From Synechococcus sp. (GTDB lineage Bacteria > Cyanobacteriota > Cyanobacteriia > Thermostichales > PCC-7336), in assembly GCA_051439605.1 (NCBI GenBank), contig JBFRWN010000013.1, positions 62,123 to 126,122 of the forward strand: a stretch of DNA of 64,000 nucleotides, in the 5' to 3' direction. Below are positions 28,719 to 39,500 of the stretch, piece by piece. Under the pieces are notes generated by a model. That model saw only the letters and a list, made by a program, of their open reading frames with translations. It searched no databases and was not told where the DNA came from. Positions within the stretch are counted from its first letter, which is position 1. The number at the start of each line of letters is the position of its first letter. Both the position numbers and the translations under genes were made by a program.

Positions 28719-28963
28719 CTAGACCCACCAAGGACGCTGCCCAGTACGCGGGTCCGTTTCTGTCCAAGGACTCATCCACACTCTGTCGCCCTCTACTTTG
28801 ACGCGGACCAGCTTGAGAGGAAGACCCGCTGGCACCGTGCCGTCTGGCGCGTAGCGAGAACCGTTGAAATCGCGACGAGTGCACGAGTGTCAGGTTGCTC
28901 AACCAAAATTTGCGAGGCGGGAATCGGATTGCCCAATTTGTCCTTGGTTTGCACAGTCCTCAT
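28719..28963 (-). pseudogene. petC: Cytochrome b6f Rieske Fe-S subunit pseudogene with internal deletions
   Basis: KDKLGNPIPASQILVEQPDTRALVA joined by a frame change to GSRYAPDGTVPAGLPLKLVRVKVEGDRVWMSPWTETDPRTGQRPWWV*. Confidence 0.88.
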
Positions 28964-29270
28964 GGATGAAGCAGACAGGGGAACGTTTGTGGAACATTCA
29001 CGATCGCCTGCCACCTTAAAAACTCGGCGCAACTTTCAGGAGATCGAGTGAGTGAGAGGTATGTAATAACAGAAAGAGGCTTTCAATCGTTGCTCGAAAA
29101 CCTGACCTGCTCGCAATGTCGAACTGTTTTGTTAAGTTGGCTGCATATCCGGACTGGCAATCGGCATTCCTCGTAGACGCTTGGCAGGATCGGGCCAACT
29201 TGTCAGAATTGAAACTCCAGGTCTCAGATGTCGCCAACAGTTGTTCTGAGTATTGACTGCCATATCTGTT

Positions 29271-30050
29271 ATGCAACTGAATGCTGGATGTCACATTTCT
29301 TTTGAAGCAAGCGAGCTGACCCCACTCATCTTAATGCTCAGACCCCGTAGCGGTTTCGGACAGTGGGTCATGAAGGAAGACTATTTATTAGCCCCCCAGG
29401 TTCCAGTTGTCGAATATACCGATAGCTTTGGCAATTTGTGTCAGCGATTGATGGTACCAGAAGGATCCCTTGAAGTTAGCACCACAGTTCAAGTGGATAC
29501 GGCAGATAAAGTTGACATTGAACCCGGAGCACCTTTCGTCCCGATTCAAAACTTACCGGAATTCGCGATGCAATTTTTGTTGCCGAGTCGCTACTGTCAA
29601 TCGGATTGCTTGGGAGAGTTGGCTAGCGAGATCGTGGCAGATACTGCCCCGGGATACGATCGAGTCACGGAGATTTGCCGGTGGATTCAGGAAAATATCA
29701 ACTTTGCCTACGGAACGAGCGATGCCTCTACGTCCGCTGTAGAAACACTCGACAGACAGGACGGTGTTTGTCGGGACTTTGCCCATTTAGGAATTGCTCT
29801 CTGTCGCAGTTTAAATATCCCCGCACGCATGGTGGTGGGATATCTATACCAGTTAGAACCCATGGATTTACATGCTTGGTTTGAGGCCTTTGTTGGCGAT
29901 CGCTGGTACATTTTTGATGCAACTCAAAAGGAAGTGCGCGGCAATCGAATTGCAATTGCATATGGCCGCGATGCGGCTGATGTAGCATTGGCAACCCAAT
30001 TTGGCTCGTTGAACTTAACTGAAATGAGAGTTTGGGTCAATGCAGCTTAA
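29271..30050 (+). CDS. Transglutaminase-like family protein
   Basis: LLPSRYCQSD, GVCRDFAH, DLHAWFE, GRDAADVA. Confidence 0.92.
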   Translation: MQLNAGCHISFEASELTPLILMLRPRSGFGQWVMKEDYLLAPQVPVVEYTDSFGNLCQRLMVPEGSLEVSTTVQVDTADKVDIEPGAPFVPIQNLPEFAMQFLLPSRYCQSDCLGELASEIVADTAPGYDRVTEICRWIQENINFAYGTSDASTSAVETLDRQDGVCRDFAHLGIALCRSLNIPARMVVGYLYQLEPMDLHAWFEAFVGDRWYIFDATQKEVRGNRIAIAYGRDAADVALATQFGSLNLTEMRVWVNAA

Positions 30051-30525
30051 CAGAGTCTTCACAAGCACATCCACGCCCAGCAAATTTCTGATGCGACATT
30101 GGATTGAGAGCGATCGGAGAAGGCGACTGTAAGAAGCCGCATCCAAGGTAGAATTCCCTCCAAGCCCTTCTAACAAGAACGAACAGACGATAGACTCCAC
30201 TGTTTTATAACGAATCAATGGCCACTTCGGTATGAGTATGCTTGTCAGAAGCTTGAGGGGGGTGAAAAAGAACTAAGTATATTTTCCTGGTATTTTCCTA
30301 GGGATTAATTGAACTCTTTGCTGGCAAGGATTTTAAGGCTGAACCTGAGCCTATTAAGTTCCAATACTTGATATCTCTTTATATTATGCCCTGTTTTATA
30401 ACGTATCCTGATGTGTATTGACTCTCCTATGACGTCTTAATCTTTTTGTTGGTAAAACTATCGTAATATTAGCGATCGTTACGTATGATTCCAGTTAAGT
30501 TGGTTGGTGAAAGCACACGCTTGAG

Positions 30526-30798
30526 GTGTTCGTGATGAGTACATATCAATCTTTCTATGAACAACCTGTTTCTAAGGCGCCTAAAACGATACATTCTATT
30601 GTCGAATCATCTCTACAGACTCACACTCTAACCCTTCAACAGGAGACAGACCTCAAAACTCTCCTCCAGCACTGCGAACCCCTGACAGTTGACACCTTAG
30701 AACCGGTCATCACCTTACTAACAGCCATCACCGATAATCAAGTCATCCCCACCCCCTCCAGAATTTGTAGGCTCATTCCCGATACAAAAGTTCATTAG
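30526..30798 (+). CDS. Small cyanobacterial hypothetical protein
   Basis: GAGGTG upstream; helical I..IV..SL.T..LT...E..L..LL pattern resembles a small cyanobacterial family. Confidence 0.55.
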   Translation: MFVMSTYQSFYEQPVSKAPKTIHSIVESSLQTHTLTLQQETDLKTLLQHCEPLTVDTLEPVITLLTAITDNQVIPTPSRICRLIPDTKVH

Positions 30799-30958
30799 TG
30801 GCATCCAATGGGTCAAACGTTACGTTCAACTTTCCTGTCTATTGAGAGATCGAGAAATCATTATCTGAATCGCCTGACATAACAACTCGTTGTGGGCTAC
30901 TGGCTTGCTAGAGTTTGCTCATAGTTTCTAGACGCGGAGGTGTTAGGAGAATTTAACC

Positions 30959-31681
30959 ATGCTGTTTCGACAACTCTTCGATCGCGAAACCAGCACCTAT
31001 TCCTATCTGATTGCAGATTTGGGCATCAAAGAAGCCGTTCTAGTCGATCCGGTTCTGGAGCAGGTCGATCGCGATATCAAATTGTTGACAGAGCTAGGGC
31101 TAACGTTGCGGTACAGCCTCGAAACCCACGTTCACGCCGACCATATTACGGGTTCTGGCATGCTGCGCGATCGATTGGGATCTCAGAGCATTGTGCCGGA
31201 AGGTTCACCGGTACCCTGTGCGGATCGCTTCATTGCCTCTGGTGAGGTGTTGCAACTGGGCCGACTTGGTATTGCCGCGATTGACACTCCTGGACACACC
31301 AACAGCCATATGGCTTATCTCGTCAATGACGATCGCGTCCTCACTGGAGACGCCCTCTTCATTAGGGGATGTGGACGCACAGATTTCCAAAGCGGCGATG
31401 CGGGTACGCTTTATGACTCGGTGACCAACAGACTTTTCTCGCTGTTTGACAACACACTGGTCTATCCCGGACACGACTATCTAGGTCAAACGGTCTCCAC
31501 AATCGGTGAAGAAAAACGCTGGAATCCTAGGTTTACTAACCCCGATGCACCAAGGGGGACGTTACGCGATCGCAACAGCTTCATCGAGCTAATGGACAAA
31601 CTCCACCTCCCCAAGCCACAAAAAATTGCAGAGGCAGTTCCCGCCAACGAACATTGCGGCAAGCCGCTTTCTACTGTCTAA
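30959..31681 (+). CDS. ETHE1-like persulfide dioxygenase (MBL fold)
   Basis: MLFRQLFD, ETHVHADH, TPGHT, GCGRTDFQ, PGHDY. Confidence 0.92.
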   Translation: MLFRQLFDRETSTYSYLIADLGIKEAVLVDPVLEQVDRDIKLLTELGLTLRYSLETHVHADHITGSGMLRDRLGSQSIVPEGSPVPCADRFIASGEVLQLGRLGIAAIDTPGHTNSHMAYLVNDDRVLTGDALFIRGCGRTDFQSGDAGTLYDSVTNRLFSLFDNTLVYPGHDYLGQTVSTIGEEKRWNPRFTNPDAPRGTLRDRNSFIELMDKLHLPKPQKIAEAVPANEHCGKPLSTV

Positions 31682-31838
31682 TTAATGATGTAGAGCTCTT
31701 GCAGCACCCGCTTCGGTTTTCATTAACAAGTCAGTGTCCAATTTATTTAAAAGAATGTCACGATTGAATTGCAGCGGAAACATTTCCTGACTTTAAAGTG
31801 CAAATACAGGCCTGAATTAATTGTCTGGCGTTATCAAA

Positions 31839-32027
31839 TCATTTGGCTGGAAAGGTAACTTTTTGGAGAGCCATCTCTTGGTGCAGTCGCTTGGGGCACT
31901 CTTCCCAGTTCTTTTCTGGGCAGCTAAGGTGTCGACAGTCAAATTCACAGGCGGAAACATCTGCTGGGACTTCAGTGGCAATGCTAGCTTTTAGCCGTTC
32001 GATGAAAGCCGATAATTTAGAGAACAT
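31839..32027 (-). CDS. Small Cys-rich hypothetical protein
   Basis: 62 aa with CEFDC-x4-C-x7-C pattern. Confidence 0.6.
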   Translation of the reverse strand: MFSKLSAFIERLKASIATEVPADVSACEFDCRHLSCPEKNWEECPKRLHQEMALQKVTFPAK

Positions 32028-32323
32028 GCGCTTTACCCATGGATTGGAGATCTGTGGAGTCTATCTGTAGAATAAAATTTACAACGCGCTCATATGCTGA
32101 TGTATTGTGCATAACTTCAAAGTAAACTTGATCGGCATTTTTTTCGTCTTCAACCGCTTGCTAGATAGGGGATCTGAGTCTTCATGAGGAATATATTTTG
32201 ATATTTTGACTGCGTTGCCTCTTAGGCCTACCAATAATTTTACGCTGAATAGTTCTGGTAAAGTCTTCTAAACAATAAACTCTTTACAATCGTAAATGGC
32301 CTACTTTAGCTTTAGATTGTCTT

Positions 32324-33489
32324 CAAGACTATCTCATTTAAAAATGTCCATAATGTGTTTGAAGTTTGTCCGCATCTGCGCTGTGCTTGAGCCATATTAG
32401 TGAACCCATAATCTCGATACAGGTTGAGGGCAAAGTTGCAAGCTAGGGCAAAGGTCTGTACGAGAGGAGTCGTGCGAATCCGAGACTTGCCCTCTGCCTG
32501 AGTGACATCTCGAGCATAGTGAACCTTGTTTTCGCCTCCCCCAATAGCCGCGAATTCGTGCAGCTATTTCCGCTGTGTTCTCTGAAAAAGAGCAGAGGTA
32601 ATAACGAGTTTTGTGGGTGACCACATTCATATTGTGCAACAGCTGTTCGCGTATGAACTGCACTCGAATGACGCTTTGAAGCCCCGGCCAATCTGGCAGG
32701 TTCTCGATTTGATGACAAACTTGGGTGACTCGGCGTTCGACGCGCCCATGTCCCTTCCCGATCTCCAGGTATTCCTGCTCGGGGGCAATTTGCTGCTGGA
32801 CGGCAGCAAATAGGTTCGGCTGATTCCCCTTCAGGGCTGCCAAATAATGGTTGCCGCTCTCAACAATGGTCTGGCAAGTTTTTTTGCGTGTCGATCTCGT
32901 CAAAAGCAAACACGACACCCTTGAGGGCCAATTGTTCGATGAAGTCTGGAAGAGCGGTAATCTCGTTGGTTTTGCGCTCCACCTCATAGGAAGGCAAGTT
33001 TCATCCTCGCTCTACAATGTAGGCACTCACGAGCATGATGGCTGGATAGGGCTTGCAGTGTAGGTTGTCGTCTTCTCTTAGATAGGAGTCTTTAAGGACT
33101 TTGCCATCCATGGTGATGGTTTCTCCAACCTCTGGTTCAATCTCAAAAAATTCGGCTAGACACTGAGAGTAGTCTCGATAGTCAACATTGAGTAGGACAT
33201 GGCGGATGGTGCTGTAGGACGGCAATCGCCGTTTGGATGGGTCAAACCAGGCTAGTAACTGGTCTCGGTAGCTCTTCAGCCAGTCGCCAATCGCTAGAAA
33301 TCCTTGATTGCCCGCAACTACCGCCAAAGTAAACAAGGCTAAGCAGAGCGTCTGGGTATACCGTTGACCGACTGAGCGGCATGGGTCCTCAAGCTGTGCA
33401 AACGCTTCCACTATGGCTGGCTTTGGCATCACACTTACAACCTCAATGCCTCACCATAAACTCTCATGCTTATGAACAAAATAGCCTTG
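32324..33489 (-). mobile_element. Degraded ISAs1-family element with fragmented transposase
   Basis: LPSYSTIR, MDGKVL, KTNEITAL, LKGNQ, GHGRVERR motifs; stop at 33001-33003 and frameshifts; imperfect ends CAAGGCTAT / CAAGACTAT. Confidence 0.85.
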
Positions 33490-33654
33490 CCCGATCCCCC
33501 CACTGCCACCTTGATGACAGAGTCTTACAGAAACTGACATCAACAAGGCTATGACAAGGCTCAAGCTTTACAGCAAGCAATGTTAAAGACGATGGACACT
33601 CACCCACACCCCCGCGATTGGGCCGCTTTCACCCCGATCGGAGAAGTAGATTAA
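33490..33654 (+). pseudogene. CHAT-domain protein C-terminal remnant
   Basis: PDPPTATLMTESYRN*HQQGYDKAQALQQAMLKTMDTHPHPRDWAAFTPIGEVD*. Confidence 0.85.
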
Positions 33655-33787
33655 CCGCGAGAAGTCACCAATCCATAAAGCATTCAGCAGTGAGAGCCTT
33701 GCCGTTACCATCACTGCAAATCAAGACAAACCTACAGATCCATTAAAGTAAAGATATATAAACGTTCCTCAATCAGGAATTGGCCCC

Positions 33788-35347
33788 ATGGACATTCAAA
33801 AAATCCTCTACGTCCGCCTCCCCTGCAATCCCATCTTTCCGATTGGGGCCGTTTACCTTGCCGACCACGTCCACAAGCAATTTCCCCATGTCCAACAACA
33901 AATCTTTGACATGGGAACCTTTCCTCCCCTCGATTTCCGCACCAGGCTGTTCGACAAAATCGACGAATTTCAACCAGACCTGATCGTCTATTCGTGGCGC
34001 GACCTCCAAGTCTATGCCCCCGTTAACGGCCGAGCGGGTAACCCCCTGCAAAATGCCTTCGAATTCTATTACGCCAAAAACCCCATCAAAAAAGTCCGCA
34101 GTGCCATCGGAAGTCTCAAGCTGGTTTCCGCTTACTACGGCGAACTATGGCGCAACCAAAAATTAGTCAGGGACGGAACCGATCGCGCCCGTCGCTACAA
34201 TCCTCACACCCGCGCTGTTTTGGGGGGCGGTGCCGTTAGCGTCTTCTACGAACAGCTCAAGAAATCCCTACCCAAAGGCACCATTGTCTCGGTGGGGGAA
34301 GGGGAAGTTTTATTGCAAAAATTACTCAGCGGACAAAGCCTAGCCACCGAGCGCTGTTATATCGTCGGCGAAGCCGAACCCCGTCCGGGTCTGGTGCACG
34401 AGCAACCGGAAGCAATCGAGAAAACCGCCTGCGATTACGACTACATCGAGAGTATCTGGCCCGAGTTCTCCTACTACTTTGAAGGAGGGGATTTCTACAT
34501 CGGTGTACAAACCAAGCGTGGTTGCCCCCACAACTGCTGCTACTGCGTTTACACGGTGATTGAAGGGAAGAGCGTTCGCATCAACCCTGCGGATGAGGTG
34601 GTTAAAGAAATGCAGCAGCTCTACCAACGGGGGGTGCGTAATTTCTGGTTCACCGATGCCCAATTTATTCCCGCCCGCAAATACATGGCAGACGTCGAGG
34701 AGCTGTTGGAGAAAATCCTGGCAGCAGGCATGACGGACATTCATTGGGCAGCTTACATTCGCGCCGACAATCTCACGCCGCGTCTGGCTGAGTTGATGGT
34801 CCAGACGGGGATGAACTATTTCGAAATTGGCATCACCAGTGGGTCTCAAGAACTAGTCCGCAAGATGCGTATGGGTTACAACCTGCGTACTGTCTTAGAA
34901 AGCTGCCGCTACCTGCGAGATGCAGGCTTCGATGACCTTGTCTCCGTCAACTACTCCTTTAACGTCATCGACGAGCGGGAGGACACCATTCGCCAAACTG
35001 TTCGCTACCACCGCGAGTTGGAAAGCATTTTTGGTGCCCACAATGTCGATCCAGCAATTTTCTTCATTGGATTGCAGCCCCACACCCACCTCGAAAGTTA
35101 CGCCATTAAACAGGGGGTTCTTAAAGAGGATTACAATCCCATGAGCATGATGCCCTGGACCGCTCGCAAACTGCTATGGAACCCCGAGCCTATGGGGGGC
35201 TTCTTTGGGGAGGTCTGCCTGCAAGCTTGGGATCGCAATGCGGACGATTTTGGTCGAGAAGTGTTCGACATCCTTGAAGAGCGTTTAGGGGCCTCTCAAC
35301 TGGAAGAAGCGATTTCGGCTCCATTAGCGGGAACGTTTGTGTCTTAG
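33788..35347 (+). CDS. Photosystem II high-light acclimation radical SAM protein (Slr0320-like)
   Basis: YVRLPCNPIFPIG N-terminus; RGCPHNCCYC radical SAM motif. Confidence 0.9.
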   Translation: MDIQKILYVRLPCNPIFPIGAVYLADHVHKQFPHVQQQIFDMGTFPPLDFRTRLFDKIDEFQPDLIVYSWRDLQVYAPVNGRAGNPLQNAFEFYYAKNPIKKVRSAIGSLKLVSAYYGELWRNQKLVRDGTDRARRYNPHTRAVLGGGAVSVFYEQLKKSLPKGTIVSVGEGEVLLQKLLSGQSLATERCYIVGEAEPRPGLVHEQPEAIEKTACDYDYIESIWPEFSYYFEGGDFYIGVQTKRGCPHNCCYCVYTVIEGKSVRINPADEVVKEMQQLYQRGVRNFWFTDAQFIPARKYMADVEELLEKILAAGMTDIHWAAYIRADNLTPRLAELMVQTGMNYFEIGITSGSQELVRKMRMGYNLRTVLESCRYLRDAGFDDLVSVNYSFNVIDEREDTIRQTVRYHRELESIFGAHNVDPAIFFIGLQPHTHLESYAIKQGVLKEDYNPMSMMPWTARKLLWNPEPMGGFFGEVCLQAWDRNADDFGREVFDILEERLGASQLEEAISAPLAGTFVS

Positions 35348-35381
35348 ATTCGGGATCTGACGTTAAAATAGCCTGTTCCAC

Positions 35382-36335
35382 TCACCTGCGAGCTGCGATA
35401 GTCATTGAGCGCCGCAGTTCGTAAATCCCTAACCCTGACACTGCCAAGATAAAGGGTAAAAAATAATAAATTCCGCGAAACACCAGTAACCGACCCAACG
35501 TGGTGGGCTCGTCAGAAAATTGCGTCAAAAAAAATAGCATCACCGTTTCAAATACCCCTAATCCTCCTGGAACGGTACTCAGCAATCCCAACCCCAAAGC
35601 CACTACATACACGCAAAAGAATTGTGGAAAAGCAATCGATTCTTGCAGGTCGAGAAGCACGTACAGCGCTGCCGACGCACACCCCCAATCAAAACCAAAA
35701 ACTCCAATTTGGCCTATTGCCAATTTCAAACTGGGCAAGCGGTAAGTACGCTTTCCTAACTGGACTGGAGCCCGTACGAATGCAGCTAGAGCTAGGTAGA
35801 CAGCGGCGATCGCCAAAAACAGTCCCCCCAAAACCTGCAACGACCCCAAGGGAATTGCAATGTGTGCCGGAAGGGGGAATGGGGCCAGAAAGAAGACAGC
35901 TCCAGCGATCGCAAAAATTCCCACCCACAGACTGAGGTTCGTGAATACAGTCACTTCCGCAATTTCTAGGGCAGACACGTTCCAAGGAGAATACAGTCGA
36001 TAGCGCAATGCACCGCCGGTCAAGAACGCAAATCCAACGTTAGGACTGATGGAGTAAGTCACCAATCCCGCAAAGGCAATTTTGAACGGACTGAGGCCAT
36101 GACGAATGTAGCGAAATGCCAATAGATCGTACCCGGAGATCGCCCCGTAACTGAGCCCCGTCAACAGTATCACCGCCATCAGTTGCCAACCGTTCACCCC
36201 CTCCATTCCAGCCAGCATATCTTGAAAGCGATAGTCCTCAATCTGAACGGCAATTGCCCAGATCGCTAGTCCCAAAATGCCAATACCAAATATTGAGGAA
36301 AGTAAGGGGAAAAGTTTAGCCTTGAACGGTTTCAT
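35382..36335 (-). CDS. Lysylphosphatidylglycerol synthase TM-domain (MprF N-terminal-like) protein
   Basis: YDLLA, GGALRYRLY, PGGLGVFE, FRGIYYFLP; no C-terminal synthase domain. Confidence 0.85.
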   Translation of the reverse strand: MKPFKAKLFPLLSSIFGIGILGLAIWAIAVQIEDYRFQDMLAGMEGVNGWQLMAVILLTGLSYGAISGYDLLAFRYIRHGLSPFKIAFAGLVTYSISPNVGFAFLTGGALRYRLYSPWNVSALEIAEVTVFTNLSLWVGIFAIAGAVFFLAPFPLPAHIAIPLGSLQVLGGLFLAIAAVYLALAAFVRAPVQLGKRTYRLPSLKLAIGQIGVFGFDWGCASAALYVLLDLQESIAFPQFFCVYVVALGLGLLSTVPGGLGVFETVMLFFLTQFSDEPTTLGRLLVFRGIYYFLPFILAVSGLGIYELRRSMTIAARR

Positions 36336-36583
36336 ACGGATTGGGATCCGGTAAAGAGAAAGCTGGACTAGAAAGTGTTATCTCGGATGTATCAACTGTC
36401 TAACTGGGCATACTATTTTCTTTATTGCATCCATCATCCCATAGGAACTGTGGTCCAACAGGCTGACTTTTCACTCAGTCCAAAAGACCACAACCTGGCA
36501 TCATTAAAGTCAAGCACGCTTAATAACTGCCTACCAAAGTTTTAAGGGGGAACGTGGGCAGGCTGAAAAGTGCCATCCAATAA

Positions 36584-39500
36584 GTGGCCAACTCTTCGTA
36601 CATGGACAAACCTCAACTTTATTACCCAGAGCAAAGCTCTTATGAGGAAGCGTCTACGTGCGCCCATTCCTCACTAAATTACCTACAGGGCAATCGGAGA
36701 GAAAAAACTTCCAGCTCCAACTTGATTCTGCATTCGTTGCCAGACACAACTATCACTTTTGCTAACCAGCTTTTCTGCTCTGTTCTAGATGCATATTCAG
36801 ACGTCATCGGTCAACGATGGATTCATCTGCTTAGCTTTGACGAGTCATTAGACGATGTAGAGCGAAAGATTGCTTCACTGACTCCAGATTATCCAGTTTT
36901 TGAAATCAACACCGAATATAACATTGCTACTACAAACGATTTCAGTCCCTACAACAATTTAACCAGTCAGCCAATCGGCTCGATTCAATGGATCCATCTG
37001 GGGATTTTTGACGAACGCGGGCAATTAACCCAAATTCAATCGGTTGGCAAAGATATCACCCAGCTAGAACAACAATATTTACGGGAACAAGCCCTCAATC
37101 GCGTCTTTCAAGACATACATGAGTCTCTGGATTTAGACACCATCTTTGCGACCGCCACTGCAGAAACAGCTCGACTGCTCAACAATCTCGACTGTTTTGT
37201 GGTGCAATACCTGCCAGAAGAAGGGGTCTGGAGACATGTAGCTGAATTTCGCAACAATCCCGACAGTCCTACAACCATTGGATTTGAGGTTACAGATCGA
37301 GGGAATCCGTATGCAGAAAGCCTCAAACAGCGGCAGGTGGTTCGAGTTGAAGATACAGCACTTCTGGAGGATGACATTAATCGGGATGTCGCCGAAACCT
37401 TACCAGGTGCCTGGCTACTGATTCCTTTAGCGATCGAGGGTAACCTTTGGGGTAGTTTTGTAATTTCTAGCCACTGCCCATTTGTCTGGTTCGACGAGTC
37501 AGTGGAGTTAGCTCGCTCTGTTGCTAACCAATTGGAGATTGCCATTCATCAGGCCAATCTTTTCCAACAGGTCCAACAGGAATTGTTAGAACGCCGACGA
37601 GTCGAAACGGCTTTAAGAGAGAGCGAAGCCAGGTTTCAAAATATGGCGGCAAATGTGCCTGGGGCAATTTTTAGATATCTTCTCCACCCTGATGGCTCGG
37701 ATCGTGTGTTGTACATGAGTCCGGGATGTTACAAAATCTGGGAAGTGGCCGCCCAAGAGGTTACCAAAGATGCCAGGGTTCTATGGGAGATGATTCATCC
37801 GGAAGATTTGTCGGGCATGCAAGCCTCGGTAGCAGAATCTGCAGATACGCTGAAACCTTGGTCTTGGGCATGGCGAATTACAACCCCGTCGGGGAAAGTC
37901 AAATGGCTAGAAGCTGCTGGCAAACCTACCTTGCAACCCAATGGAGACCTGATTTGGGATTCGTTAATCCTCGATGTAACCGATCGCAAACGGGCCGAGG
38001 AAACATCTAGAGAACAGCAGGCCCAATTGGATTTGGTGGTTCAGGCATCCAATATCGGCTTTTATATTTCAGATTTGCGCACGCAGACATCCTATGTGTC
38101 TCCAGCCTATAAAGCTCAACTGGGTTACCCCCCCGATGCCCCAGAAGCCTGTCCTGCTGATTGGAAAGAACGCCTCCATCCAGACGATCGGGAACGAACA
38201 ATTGCCGCTTACCGGGCGTTTATGAATCGGAAGGCTCCATACAACATGGATTTCCGCCTCCGCCACCGGGATGGCAGTTATCGATGGATTTACAGCGATG
38301 CCCAATCGATTTGCGATCGATCGGGAGATCCGGTCAAAGTTGTGGGTATTCATCTCGATATTACCGAGCGCAAGCAAGCCGAAAAAGCCATACAAGAAAG
38401 CGAAGCGCGCTATCGCTTATTGGCCAACAACATGAAAGATTTGGTTTGCCTGCAAGAGGTGAACGGCCATTATCTGTACGTCAGCCCGTCCTGTGAAACC
38501 CTTTTGGGCTATCGATCTGAAGAAATGGTGGGGCAAGATTCCTACACTTTCATTCATCCCGACGATCGCGCTCGCGTCGCCAGAGAGCATCGCTCTGTGC
38601 AGTCTAGACAGAGCGAAAGACTCAATCCCATTACCTATCGAGTGCACCAAAAGTCAGGGGACTATATCTGGTTTGAGAGCCTAATAAAGCCCATATTGGA
38701 TGACAATGGACGCATTATTCGCATCCAAACCACCTCTCGAGATGTCACCGAACGCATCAAATCTCACGATCGATTGAAATACGATGCCTTGCACGATGCC
38801 CTAACGGGCTTGCCCAATCGCCATCTCTTGATGAAGCGATTGGAACTTGCCATTCATCACGCTAAGCGTCTTGAAAACTATCACTTTGCGGTCTTATTTC
38901 TCGATCTCGATCGATTTAAGGTCATTAACGATAGCTTGGGCCATCTGGTCGGCGATCGGCTACTCATTGCCATTGCTCGAAAACTGGAAACTTGCCTCCA
39001 AAAGAGCGATCTTGCTGCACGCTTGGGTGGGGATGAATTTGTCATTCTTCTAGAAGACATCAAGGATAACAAACAAGCTATTCGTAGCATCGAACGTATT
39101 TTTTCAACATTGAATTCTCCTATGATGCTCGAAGAACGAGAAGTATATATGAGTCCTAGCATTGGAGTTGTCTTCGACACGGAGGACTACGTTCATCCCT
39201 CCCAATTATTGAGAGATGCCGATATAGCGATGTATCGAGCGAAGTCGCAGGGTAGGGCGCGGTACGAAATATTCAATGCCGAAATGCATACGCAAGCCCT
39301 CGAGCGGCTGAATGTAGAGAACGATTTGCGTAGAGCAATTGAAGCTCAAGAATTCACATTGCACTATCAACCGATTGTTGAACTCGCCACAGGAAATCTC
39401 GTTGGGTTTGAAGCTTTAATCCGCTGGCAAACTCCCACTCATGGACTCAAACCACCTGGGGAGTTTATCCCGGTGGCGGAAGAAACCGGGATAATTGCCT

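Noticed and set aside
28713..29051. 112-aa plus-strand ORF in the track
   Set aside because: It is the antisense of the petC pseudogene and has no independent coding signal
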